Assembly: GCF_009834535.1 (NCBI RefSeq)
Contig: NC_045696.1
Coordinates: 43,464,001 to 43,528,000, forward strand
Length of the DNA: 64,000 bases
Reading direction: 5' to 3'
Origin: Camelus ferus
Lineage: Eukaryota
Shown here: in pieces, positions 52,030 through 64,000 of the stretch
Layout: every line of letters starts with the position of its first letter
Position numbering within the stretch: the stretch's first letter is position 1
The notes under the pieces: model-generated
Database searches by the model: none
What the model was told of the DNA's origin: nothing
The model's input: the letters and a program-made list of their open reading frames with translations, nothing else
Program-made: the position numbers and the translations under genes

Positions 52030-53687
52030 TAAATAAAATTCATTAATCTAAAGGAAAATAATAAAAAGATACTACTTTTTAACTGTATCACATCTGTTAA
52101 AAGGAGAAAAATCATACAATTATCTAAATAGATTTTAAGACACATTTGACATGATTCAACATTCTTTCATGATTTTAAAAACTATAGCAAATATAAATAC
52201 ATGGGAATTTCCTTAATTTAAAGGCAAAAACAAACAAAACACATACAGCAGAGGTTCAAACCCTTTCCCAAAGGTCAAAGAAAATAAATGGGTATTTGGA
52301 ATCACTGTGATTCTTGTTTCAAAATTGTACTAGAGGTATGTTTCACTACAATTGGTACAGAAATCACTCAGTCTCATCTGTCTTCTTCCCATCCCCATGT
52401 CACTTTCCTATCCTCACTACTTGCTCAGTGGATCACTGTCATTGTCTTGTCTTTTAATTCCATTGGCTGCCACTGTCCTTCCCAGGCTGAGACTTACATC
52501 GTGCCTGCCTTGTGGCAGAAGCTATAGGGGCTTAAACCCAGGATTAAACTGGCAGGATCCCTAGAATTCCTAGCTCCCCTTGCTATCTACACTCATATGA
52601 CACAGGATCTGGTTTCCCCAAGGCTTCCAGAATGTGTCTGATAACACAGCTCAAAAGTCTGGCGGAGTTAACGCCCTGTGGGACAACATGATAGACACTG
52701 GAAGGCGTGGAGATGGCAGATAAATGCTGCTTTCTCCCTTCTGTTGACCAAGTGCTTTAAGATGCCCAGGTTATCTGTATCTCCAGAGACATCCTATATG
52801 CTACAGTAGTCTGATGTTTTCTTGTTTGTTTGTTTCAATGTTGTTAACAGCTAGGTAACAAACTATCTTGTAATTATCTTCCATCCTCACTTCTCTTCTC
52901 CTTCACTTTTAGGATTGCATCCCCCTTCCATCAAGTATTAGCATGTACTTACTGCCTCTGCTCTGCTTTCTAGAAAACCTGGAGTAAACAAATTACAGTA
53001 AGACAAGGGAAAAATCAATGAAAAAATTCCAAAGTAAAAGTTGAACTGCCATAAATTGCTGATAAAATTGTCTATTTTATCAGCATAAATAACTTTACAT
53101 TTTACTTAATGTAAAAGATTTGAAAAAAGAGTTTAAGTAAAAGATTTGATTAAGTAAAAGATTTGAAAAAAGAGTTCAGCAAAGGCTTCTGGATTCAAAT
53201 GCAATATGCCGAAATGGCTGTTTACAATAGAATAGAATGACTACATTTTGATATATAGAGTAGAATAATTCGTGGCATTGAATATGAATGAATTGCAACT
53301 CATAAGTTTTGCTCACCTCAAAAACACAATGCTATCTGTAAGAATCCAGTCACAGAAAAGCACTTGAAGTATGTTTCCATTTGCATAATTTTCAAAAAAG
53401 GCAAAAATTCTTATCTATCCATTTATCTAAATGGATACATATATGGTTGATGTATACTACCAAGAAAAGCAAAGGAAAGTTTATGACAAAATCCAGACTG
53501 GTGTTCTTTTGGGACATGAAGGGAAAGGACAGGATGAGGACAGCTGTATATGGAATTGCCAAGAAATTAATAACGCTCTTTTTCTTAAACTGAGTGGTAA
53601 GTACAAAGATGTTCATTTTATCCTGCTTTTAACTCTACATACAATACTACGCTCTCCTTCTTATGTACAATATATTTTACATTAAAA
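52030..53687 (+). mobile_element. Old L1 (L1ME-type) ORF2 fragments and 3' end, interrupted by an ERVL LTR
   Basis: 'aaggagaaaaatcatacaattatct...catttgaca.gattcaaca' and 'attgtactagaggt' before the LTR. 'aagacaagggaaaa' follows it, then the L1ME 3'UTR 'tttcttaaactgagtggt..gtac...atgttcatttta'. Confidence 0.7.
52353..52990 (+). mobile_element. ERVL solo LTR (LTR16-like)
   Basis: 'ggagttaacgccctgtggg.caac', 'agataaat' and the 3' end 'ctctgctttctagaaaacctggagtaaaca' resemble the LTR16 family. Confidence 0.7.
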
Positions 53688-56600
53688 TATTAAGTCTCTT
53701 TGGAAGTATATAGTACATAAAATCCAAGTTATACCAAACCATTCTGTAGATATACTGAGTTGGATTTTGAGTAACAAGGATGGAATGGTAGTCCAGAACT
53801 TTTGCTTAAGTAAGCTTTAACGGTAAATTCTGATGCTCAGGTAATTGTAGGAAGCACCAAACTGAAATAACAGAGCGGCTTCATCTTCAGTTACATTTTG
53901 CTCTGATGAGATCGCCCAGAGTTCTAAGCACTTTATTGAACTTTTCTTTCTCCCCTCAGTAGGCAAACATGTTTCAAGTTCAAAACAGCTAACTTACAAA
54001 CTTTTAGTGCACAACTCATATATCCATCTGGGGCTGTCATTCTGTGGTACATCAGGGAAAAAGTGCAAAATATTAATTTCATTAAATTTCATTTCAATAT
54101 GTCAGAACCCCCACAGTGTGAGGGCGTTTGAAAGAGCCAAAAATAGATAGTATGTGCTGGGGGAGCAGGGGGAGTCAGGATTTGAAGCTGACAGTACCTA
54201 AGGACAGATTTAATGCTTAAAAAATAAATTCTCCTTGGGCCATTTTAAATAGATGATACTTCTCTTTCATCTCTTATTTGGTTTGCTGATTACTTTGTGT
54301 CTTCCTCTTGGAGGATGAAGAATTTAAGAATCTGGGTACAGTATGGCAGAGTTCAAAGCCTATCACAATCAACCAACATATCCAAGTGCTGGAAGTAGAA
54401 GACAGACACAAAAGGAAATTAAGGGAGAAAGTGGGATACCAGTGGAAAATACACAAGCGCAGTTTGCAGACTGATGGTGTTTAAAACAAGCCATAGGCTT
54501 TATTGTTGCCTTGTCTTAAATGCAGAGCCTAAGCATTTACATTTCTGATTTTCTTATTGCACCATATTGTTCACTCAAATCAGGCTTTTCTTTGATGTTA
54601 TGTGCTTTTCTCAGATTGGCAAAGGCTTCCAATCTTAAGAAAAATCTCTTCCATCTAGATCAAGTGGATTTCCAGAATGGGAGTTTCTCCAAAAACAAAA
54701 CAAAACAAAAATACCTTTAAATTAAAGATATCTTGGTATCTTTAAAATTTAAATCACACAGTGGGAATTTTCCATTGATGAAATAACAGCCAAATATGTT
54801 GTATATGTTAATTTCTTATCTCAGTCAATGGAATGGAAATGGAGAAAGGAAGTAAGGAGGGAAAAATAACGAGTAAGAAACACAGATATGCTGAATTGCT
54901 GAACGATCCCTCAGGGAAAACACAGACACATGCACACATGCACAATAAACAAACAGCTAAATGATAAAATAAAACACACCAAAACACTCTTCACTTAGAG
55001 TGCTGTACTAGTAACGATGAGTACCTGATCTGTTGAAAACTCCACTCTGCCTTTTATTCAGTAGGAACACATAATTACAACAGTTAAAATTACAGGAAAA
55101 AAGAGTGAAATGGTTCAACTCTTGGGAGCTAAATATAAACAGCAACTCTGACCTTTAAATCTCTAGTGACTGAATGAGCAGTGGTTCATCCCAGTGCAAA
55201 GGTTTAAAAAGATTAATAATCAGTTTTTAAAAAATACTATAGATTTCTAAATTGAGTCATCATTTCCAATTAATAAATAAAAAGTCAAAATTGACTTTTA
55301 TCTACCTGCTTGATAGGTGTCTTGCAGAGGGTTTGGTGTGATTAAGCTTTTTATAGGAAAAATGTTTATTCATATTTCACATTACCATTTCCAAGCAGCT
55401 TTTAACTGTTGTTAAAAAGGGAAATGGTAGTATATACATCGGGGGAATTCTATCACAGTGACTGAAAATGTACTTTCAAGTTCACGGGTCCTTTTCAGTG
55501 TCAGTGTCTGCATGAAACAACCACTGGTAGCCACTTGATGTCAAAGGACTGCAAAGTGGAGAAAAAGCCAGGGCCATCAGGCCTAGAATAATTACTGTTG
55601 ATATATTTTGTGAACAAATGTTATCAGAATAAAAGAGTATAAAGCCCTCTCCTGCTGTATAATGCACATTAAGTATACAGTCCATGATTGCAATAGAAAT
55701 AAGACTATTTATGAACAGCAAGGACCCTGGCCAATCTCCAGGACCAAAAGCATGCAGGGATGGCTACCTGACTCTCCCTGATTGACAAGTTTTTGAAACC
55801 TAGAAAGAAAATCAAATGGTAGGCAGTCTTTAGAATAACTCTTGCAAGTGTTTTTCTTAACCTAAAAAGCATACAGCCTTTAGGCTATAATACATAATAC
55901 TACATAGGTTACACAGTAAATCTATAAAGACAGAACCTCTCTTTTGATACATCTGATTTTTTTTTCTATTCTAAGTTTGGTAAATAAAAGATCATTTATA
56001 ACAGCTTTTAGATGATTAACATTTAGAGAATGCCAAGATCAATTGTACTATTTTTGTTTTTCTTTTTTTAAAACACGAACAAATACTGGGATTATCTGAT
56101 GCCATTTTAGGCAACTTAAAGATAGTCTGAGACATAAAGAATGTTTTGCCAGTTTTGTGATTCTAAATTTGATGACTGGGTTTGAGAAAGGAAAGAACTG
56201 AGAGGGGAGAAAATACTTGAAAATAAATCATAATTTTTCAAGATTAAAAAATAGTTATAGGCAGTGTTTGAAAACAAAATTATAATTAAAACTTATTATT
56301 AGGAATTTAACGTTTTTCAAAAACAGAGAAATGCAAAAACGATATTAAAGATTGCCAGAAATAGAATTAACAAAATACTTTGATAACAAGAACTTTTGTG
56401 GTACAGAATAACTTGACTGTCTCACAGAAGAAAAATCCAAATTATTTTTTTCCTATTTTATATATCACACATGTAAAAATTTAGAGGAAAATTATTAATA
56501 CACTTTTCTTGTGAATGAACCCACTAATATGCAGGTAATTGGTTAAATATTTTAAGATTGCTTTTTAAATTTCATTTTTACTATTCATAAGCTTTTTAAA

Positions 56601-59600
56601 TTAATCTCAATATAACTACAAATATGGCTAGACATATACAAATATATTTACTTTCACATGAATAGATAAAAGCTCATACATTCAGCTTTAAACTTAATCT
56701 ATCAAAATAGTAAATAAAACAATATATATTGTATTTAAATTTATAATCTTAAGCATAACAATTCTCTAAATAAACTACCATACCACATTCATTTACTTGT
56801 ATGAATATTCATATCTTTCTGAAATTATTATACCTGGTATATTTTCAGTTGTATTAATATCAACCTTAACAACAGAATTAACTTTTGTTTCCTTTTGATA
56901 CAAAGAAATTAGAAGGCAGGAGGAGATCAAGAACTATGTAGCTGTGTTTATTCATGAACACACATTTCATATCACCTTTATAAAGTTAAAAATGGCTAAA
57001 CGCCTCCATAATCAACATTCTCTGAAGTCATTATACACCTGCTGATCCCTAGCCATTTAAAAATGCATAAAAGCTAATTTTAGTGACCAAAGTTTTATAT
57101 CAAAAATATTACCACAATATTCTTTACTGATTTACTAAATTTAAAATTTGTCATGGTCTTAAAGTTAATAAAAGATCTGTAAATTACAAATTCATTTACT
57201 TAAACACGATTTTATATTTTGTAATCTTAATTTGTTAAAACAATAATTTAAATGACTCATAAAACATAAATAATTATAAAGTTTAAATCAAGAAGAGTTT
57301 AACCTTAGTCTTTCACAACCTAGAATACTGTGTTAGCTTCAGTTTTACACAATTAAATGACTGAAATGACAAAGAATAGTCTTTAAATCAAAATCACTAT
57401 TTCACTTTAAATTTTAATATTCATATATTTACCATGGTTATTATATAAAAATGTTCTAATTTATAAACTCCTGTGTTTAATTTCTTAAACTTTAAAAATA
57501 GTGTTTAAAATATCTTCTTATCCTTTTATCTTGGAACTAGATCTCTTCTTATTTTAACTAGTAAACAAAGATATTACTTAATTATATTTCTTAGTTGAAA
57601 TTTAGCAGAAATAATTTCTTGCAGAGCTAACATTTTTAAAGCTCAAGAAAGAAAAACTGTTTTTATTCCCTTTAGAAAGTCTCAGCATTCTATCGCTACA
57701 GTTTCTAGCATAAAAAAAGAACAAAAAAAACCTGGCAGTGCTTTATTTATTTTCAAACTTTCCTAATAAATATAAAAGGAACTAGAGATGAAGAATAGGA
57801 AGATAAAGAGATACAGATATAAAAATATAGATATAGACGGAGGGGGAGAAAAGATACAGAAAGACAGAGAAACAGAGAGACAGAAACAATTCATTACAGC
57901 TAGGTTAAACAATGACCTACAGCTTTAACAATGTTATCAAGCCAGATTCAAAAGCCATTGTTTATTAATCTAGGAAGTATATAGTAGAACAGGGGAGAAG
58001 GAAGGGTTCTCATAGTAAACAGAGTCTTTCAGACAGATAAAAATATCCTCATATATTATTTATAAATATATAGTATTTATTTATTTATTTTTATTTTTCC
58101 TAAGGCATGAATCTTATTGATACCAGATGTTTCCCAAATTGGTCACAGTAGCTCTTGAGTTTTCTCGGTGAAATTCTACCCAAGTTCAAATATTTGGTAC
58201 TAATAATTCCATGCTAAATGAGCATGCATAAAATCAGATATTAACCATGAGGTATATTAGAAAATCATGTGCTCCCAGTGATTTCTAAAGAAGCTGAGAG
58301 ATAAAGAATCAGATCTCTCACATGCTGTATCTTACCTTATACTGAGTTAAAGAATTCTAGGAGATAAAAGAAAGGAAGAAGAAATCATAAATAATATCAG
58401 CAGGCCAAATGGCATTAAATAATTAATTAATTAAAAGTTAATTGATTAATCTTTTTCAGTACTCAAATGAAACAAGGCAAAGCACAGATGTAGAGGAGGA
58501 TTTACTTCAGACTCTGGATAGAAGAAACTTGAAAAGAGTAGGTGACAAAGACCTCTGGCATTCAGTAGCCTTGCCAAAGTCTTTTGGTCCAAGAAGTGAG
58601 AGTGCCTAGTCTATTTTAGGGGAAGTGGAGGACGTAATCTCCATAGTTTTTAGGGGTCCTGGTATAAGAATACCAGACAGCAGCAAAGAAAATGGAAAGT
58701 TTTACATCTACAAGACCAGAAGAGACATTAGGAAAAATAAGACTGTTCTAGATTTCTAACATTTAACAGAAATTTTGTACATTAAAACAATTAAGTAGTT
58801 AAAGTAGGAGAAGAGAAACAGGGAGCATTGCATGTGAGAAGAGATAGACGGTGCATGAATATTAGTTAATTATCATTGTTTCTTTTAAAAGATGGTCTAT
58901 GTCCAGGAAAATGTACTTACAAGATTTGGTAAGCATTCTCAGTTCTAGGAGAAGCCACCCTAAGGATAAGTTTGTGAAAAGTACCTTCTGCAGTCTGGAG
59001 TTTATCAAGAAAATAGGCTGCAGAAAGATCTTAACAGTATACACTCTTATTTTAGAGAGAAAATAGGGACGTTAGTAAATTTTCCAAGGTCACATCACTT
59101 GGACATGTAAAACCAGACTGAAATTCAGCATGAAAGCTAGCCAACAGGAGTTAGATACTTAACAGAGATGTTTCGATTAAGTCCAAAAGCAAAAGAGAGC
59201 AAAAGTCAGGAGTGTATTATAGGTTACTAGGCTACGGGAAGTTGAGGTTTTAACCAAGCAAAGGAAAATACAGATCAGTGGAGTCTGGACTACAATATTA
59301 TTCGAGAGAATTAAAGTAATAATGTCGATTGGAAAAAACATGACCAAACATTTTCTTAGAACTTTTCTGCCCACTCAGTCCCAACAGGCATACATTGTTT
59401 ACAAAGAAGTTCTTGGTATCACTATTACTATTCTTATGCTAGAGCAAAGGCATCAGAGTTTTGAAAACAGACATGTTCAACCCTAGAATAGCTTCATAAA
59501 AAGATCTAGGATCAACAAGCTTGAATCCAATGTCAAAAAGATCTGAATACCAGATAAGAGCAGAAATCTAAAGAAGGATGATATCAACAAAGTAGGGAAG

Positions 59601-59649
59601 GGTCAAGTTTTTCTAATCTGACAAGACTATAGATATTGGGGTGCCGCGG

Positions 59650-60064
59650 TGTTATGGACTGATTTATGTCCTCCCAAAATCCATATGTTGAAGCCCTAAT
59701 TCCCAGGACCCTCAGAATATAACCATATTTGGACAGAGGGGCTAGGAAGAGGTTATTAAATTAAAATGAGGCCATTAAAGTAAGCCCTTATCCAATGTCA
59801 CTGGTAACCTTATAGAAAGAGGAAATTTGAATACATAACAGAGACACCTCTCTGAGGCATACTTGTACACAGAGGGAAGAACATGTGAGGACACAGAGAG
59901 AAAACGGCTGTTGCAAGCCAAGGAGAGTAGCCTTGGGAGAAACCAAATCTGTTGACACCTTGATCTTGGACTTCTAGCCTTCAGGACTATGAGAAAATAA
60001 CTTTCTGTTCTTTGAGCCACCCATCTGTGGTATTTTGTTATGGCAGCCCTAGCAGACTACTACA
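59650..60064 (+). mobile_element. MaLR solo LTR, MLT1B-like, complete
   Basis: Runs 'tgttatggactga...cccaaaatccatatgttgaagccctaa' to 'ggtattttgttatggcagccctagcagactactaca', with TG...CA ends and flanks 'gcgg' and 'gtgg'. Confidence 0.9.
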
Positions 60065-60669
60065 GTGGGTAACTCAGATACTTCATCAGGACTAAGAGTC
60101 CTTTCATTTTGCTTTGTTTTTCTCCTGGTCATTTTCCTGGGTCCCCAGATATGTGGTTTCTTTTATATAGATAAATGTCACCAGAGAAATGTGTGTAAAG
60201 TTTAGTTTTTTCAGACACAGCCCCAGGGATCTTATTTCTCTAAGTTTGAAGTAAAGCCCAAAAAATCTGAAAAAATTCCAAGCACCAAGATTCTGATGTC
60301 GGAGTACTAAGAACATACCTTTTGAGATATAATTCCAAGAATGTATGTGGGTAATAATACTCATATCTAGGGGACGATGAATGCAGATGTTATCTAATCA
60401 GTTTGAGGCATGTACAGGAGAGTTAGGAGTATAGGGTTGCCTTTGTGCTCTCCCTTTAAAATCATAAATGCATGGAGTGTTCTTGACACGTTTCTTTATG
60501 ATTGTATCATGACCCAGTTTTATTCATTTAACAAATTGATACATTATGCTGAGTTATTATGCAAGGATAACTTAAGATCAAAGTGCTGTGTCAATTTTTT
60601 CACGCTGGGATTTCTGTCCAGTTTACTTACAGGTTGCTTATCACTATGGTATGTATGTGGTCAGTGTCA

Positions 60670-60824
60670 CAGATATATATCCTGCACAGTCACTCTGCTC
60701 TCAAAGGGTTGCACCATTGATTTAAAGCTCTGCCAGCGTCATTTTTAAATTCATCATAATTTTTTAACAAGGAGCTCTTGTTTTCATTTTGCACTAGGTC
60801 CTGCAAATTACTTAGCTGCTTCTG
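60670..60824. mobile_element. MER91A-like hAT-Tip100 element
   Basis: 'taattttttaacaaggagc...ttttcattttgcactaggtcctgcaaatta..tagc' matches recalled MER91A. Confidence 0.7.
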
Positions 60825-61589
60825 GGTACCACAGTAAGTCTATGACTTATTAGAAAGACTCCTACAATTCCCTTGGGTTTCATTTACGTTTCAGCCTCAA
60901 ATAGTTAGAGTCAAATAAAAACCCTAAAAACAGGAGTCACTCTTCATGTTTCACTGTCGCTGATGACAGGGAAAATGTAGCAGGAGAGTTATACTCTTCT
61001 TTCTTTGTGTGTTTTTCACACATACTAGTATTCTTTATTTCACAAAGGCATATAAAAACCTCTGGTTTTAAAAACTGTCAGATATATCTGGTATGTCCTT
61101 CTTTCTTTATCTTTATTTGTCAACTATTTTATAACTTTTTAGTACAGTTTTATGGCACAACTTGTTTCTCATACTTTAAGTATACTAGGAAAAACCGTAT
61201 TAGGAGTGTCACTCCTACATTCCAAGCTACAAAACTCCTTTTATCCTTTGTTTCTCCTTTCTGTATTAAGCATAATTATGGAAAATGGGATTTTTATCTT
61301 TTCAAAATGATATGTTTAGAGAAGGATTAGAGTAGCTCTTAAAACAGTCTTCGATCCTTTTTTGTTCCCTCTCACTTCATAATTGTTATACTCAAAGAAA
61401 CAGAAATACATATTATAATTTATAGAAAATTACTTCCTGCAAATCTATATCCTATAAGTTTAATTCCAGAAAACTGATCAAGGCTTAGATATGGGTTAAA
61501 ATGTGTATGTAATAATGAGAACTATAATTACAGTACTATCTAACATACATTTGTATTTAATGTAATTATTATACTTAAAGTATTATCTA

Positions 61590-61770
61590 ATATATACATT
61601 TGTATTTATTGTGTGCTAGGCATTTTTCTAAGTGCTTTTCATATATCAATTCCTTTGATCTCCACAAAAACTTTTTAGAAAATGAAACCAAGTCACAAAG
61701 AAGTATAGTCACTTGACCTGGCATCGAGGGTTATTCATTGCACAGAGGAGACACCTAAACTACATTCAGT
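61590..61770 (-). mobile_element. MIR SINE
   Basis: 'tgtgctaggcattttt.taagtgcttt.catat.t.aattc.ttt.atct.caca...gaaaccaag..acaaaga...cacttgacc'. Confidence 0.7.
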
Positions 61771-62474
61771 ATTAGTAAGCATTATTAGATAAAATAAAAA
61801 TAGAAATTTTCAAACACGCTTTTTTTTTAGGCATAAAACTGCCTAGCTTGTTTACACATATTGTGTTTACTTATAAATTTTCAAAATAGCAACATATAGT
61901 TTATCACTCAAAATAAAAGTATGTCAGATTCTAATAATCAACTATAGCAAGATCTAAGCAGCAGATCCAGATGTTCTATGTTAATATATTAATAGTTTAT
62001 TGAATAAATGTGCACTATGTGACATTATTCCTCAATATGGGTTATTATCACTCAATGGCTGTTTGAAATAAAGGACCATATGGGAACTAAAGAGTGAAAT
62101 GTCTGCATTGTATGGTTCTTTAAATATATTAATATGTATAAAAAGGATAATTCTCAAAACATCAGATTGAAAGTAAATTATATCAGATCCATAAGCTTAA
62201 CATTTATGTTGCTGCCATCACTGAGCTTTAGGTGAATACAGTTGTGAAAAACAAAATGAATATGTGTACGTGTATGTGTGTTTATATCCTATGAGGATGA
62301 CTTTATTCACTCCAACATCAGATCAAGTGGCAGAAAATGAAAGCTGAGAAACTCCCCTGATAGAACGTCCAGGAGGCCTGGCCATACACAAGTTCACGTG
62401 GCTTTGAGGAAGGTGGCTTTGGTTTCCAGAAGCAGAGAAAACTGAATTAGAGAAAGGACTAAGATAAAGTCCTA

Positions 62475-63519
62475 TGCACAGCAAAGGAAACCATAAGCAA
62501 AACAAAATGACAACCAATGGAGTGGGAGAAAATATTTGCAAATGATGTTACTGACCAAGGCTTAATTTCCAGAATATATAAACAGCTTATACAACTTAAT
62601 AACAACAACAACAAAAAAAACACAAACAACTCAATACAAAAATGGGCAGAAGACCTAAACAAGCATTTCTCCAAAGAAGACATAAGAATGGCCATTAGAC
62701 ATATGAAAAAATGCTCAATGTCACTAATTATCAGAGAAATGCAAATAAAAACTACAATGAGGTATCACCTCACACCAGTCAGAATGGCCATCATCCAAAA
62801 GTCCAACAATGATAAATGCTGGAGAGGGCATGGAGAAAAGGGAAACCTCCTAGAAACTAAAAACAGACTTACCATATGATCCAGCAATCACACTTCTGGG
62901 TATATATCAGGAGGGAACTCTTAAGTTGAAAAGATACATGCACCCCAATGTTCACAGAAGCTCTATATACAATAGCCAAGACATGGAAGCAACCTAAATG
63001 TCCATCGACAGATGACTGGATAAAGAAGCTGTAGGTATATATACATACAATGGAATATTACTCAGCCACAAAAAGAATAGAATAATGCCATTTGCAGCAA
63101 CGTGGAGGGACCTAGAGATCGTCATTCTAAATGAAGTAAGTCAGAAAGAGAAAGAAAACTATCATATAATATCATTCATATGGGGTATCTTAAAAAAAAA
63201 GGGGGACACTATGAACTCATCTACAAAACAGAAACAGACTCACAGACTTAGTAAACAATCTTAGGATTACTGGGGAAAAGGAGAGGGGAGGAATAAATTT
63301 GGGGGTTTGAGATTTACAAATGTTAGCCACTATATATAAAAATAGATTTTTTAAAAAGTTTCTTTTGTATAGCACAGGGAACTATGTTCAATATCTTGTA
63401 ATAACCTTTAATGGAAAAGACATGAAAACAAATATATGTATGTATATGGATGACTGGGATATTGTGCTGTACACCAGAGAGAGACACATTGTAATGGACT
63501 GTACTTCAAAAAAAAAAAA
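62475..63519 (+). mobile_element. Lineage-specific L1 3' end (camelid L1-like), 5'-truncated, with poly(A) and TSD
   Basis: ORF 62517-62879 is the L1 ORF2 C-terminus ([43 protein letters not shown]). 3'UTR and poly(A) present. TSD 'ataaagtccta' at 62464-62474 and 63520-63530. Confidence 0.95.
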
Positions 63520-64000
63520 ATAAAGTCCTAGATCAGAGCCATGTAGATGGTCCAGGACGATTTCGCAGATCTATAGGAAGGAGGCAATAAAGGGGAAGTC
63601 AAGATATGAATGAGACTAAACGACCAAGAAGGCTGAATAAACATGACTGTATATCAGAGTGGGGATGCGGGTCATGGGAAAAATATTTGCGCTAAGGTGG
63701 AGACTTGAGAAGAGTCTTCTCATTGATTTCCATTGATAAGTTGGGCATATCTAGAGTTTGCAACAAAACAAAGGAGTGAGCAGATTAGGGCAACAAGTGG
63801 ATTGGCAGAAGTCCTATAAATAGCTTTCTTTAACTCAGTAATAAAACCTTGTGTAAAATGGAAGTGAACCACTTATTATTTATTACTTAGATGATTGATT
63901 TCTTGAATATGTGTAAGTATATTTGACAGTCCTTTATGATTGGTTTGCCGCATTCAGGTTGATTCTTATTTTGTGGTTGCTTTATTCCTTTGATAACTAT

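Noticed and set aside
54112..54150. V(D)J recombination signal (CACAGTG heptamers here and near 22849, 45807, 54757, 55454)
   Set aside because: No convincing ACAAAAACC-like nonamer at 12- or 23-bp spacing and no adjacent V or J coding segment.
54716..54753. AT-rich inverted repeat tttaaattaaagata/tatctttaaaatttaaa
   Set aside because: Almost entirely A/T and imperfect, so likely by chance in this base composition.
1..64000. A novel multi-gene, CRISPR-like or defence-type system
   Set aside because: No long ORFs, operon structure or repeat-spacer array. The sequence is mammalian non-coding DNA largely explained by known transposon classes.

Overview
AT-rich, CpG-poor mammalian genomic DNA, intronic or intergenic, with no CpG island. 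It is dominated by transposable-element fossils: L1 of several ages, L2, MIR, MaLR/ERVL/ERV1 LTRs, a near-complete Tigger1 and small hAT elements. The two youngest L1 3' ends (12634-12762, 62475-63519) resemble camelid L1s as I recall them, and I saw no Alu, B1/B2, Bov-tA, PRE-1 or Can-SINE, so a camelid genome is my inference. No protein-coding gene, RNA gene or CRISPR array can be identified with confidence. The ORFs with recognisable similarity are decayed L1 ORF2 or Tigger1 transposase fragments, and the rest look like chance ORFs. The best gene-like signal is one 74-nt candidate exon on the minus strand (9569-9642) with a strong Kozak ATG and a consensus donor. Other points of interest are a young ERV1-type solo LTR with a 4-bp TSD inside Tigger1, an ancient ERVL/MaLR gag-protease fossil, an L1 5'UTR fused directly to mid-ORF2, two unexplained hairpin regions and several motif-rich, TE-poor candidate regulatory elements. 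I found no evidence for a novel multi-gene system. Repeat family names come from recalled consensus sequences, not a search, and should be confirmed with RepeatMasker/Dfam. Boundaries without a TSD are approximate.
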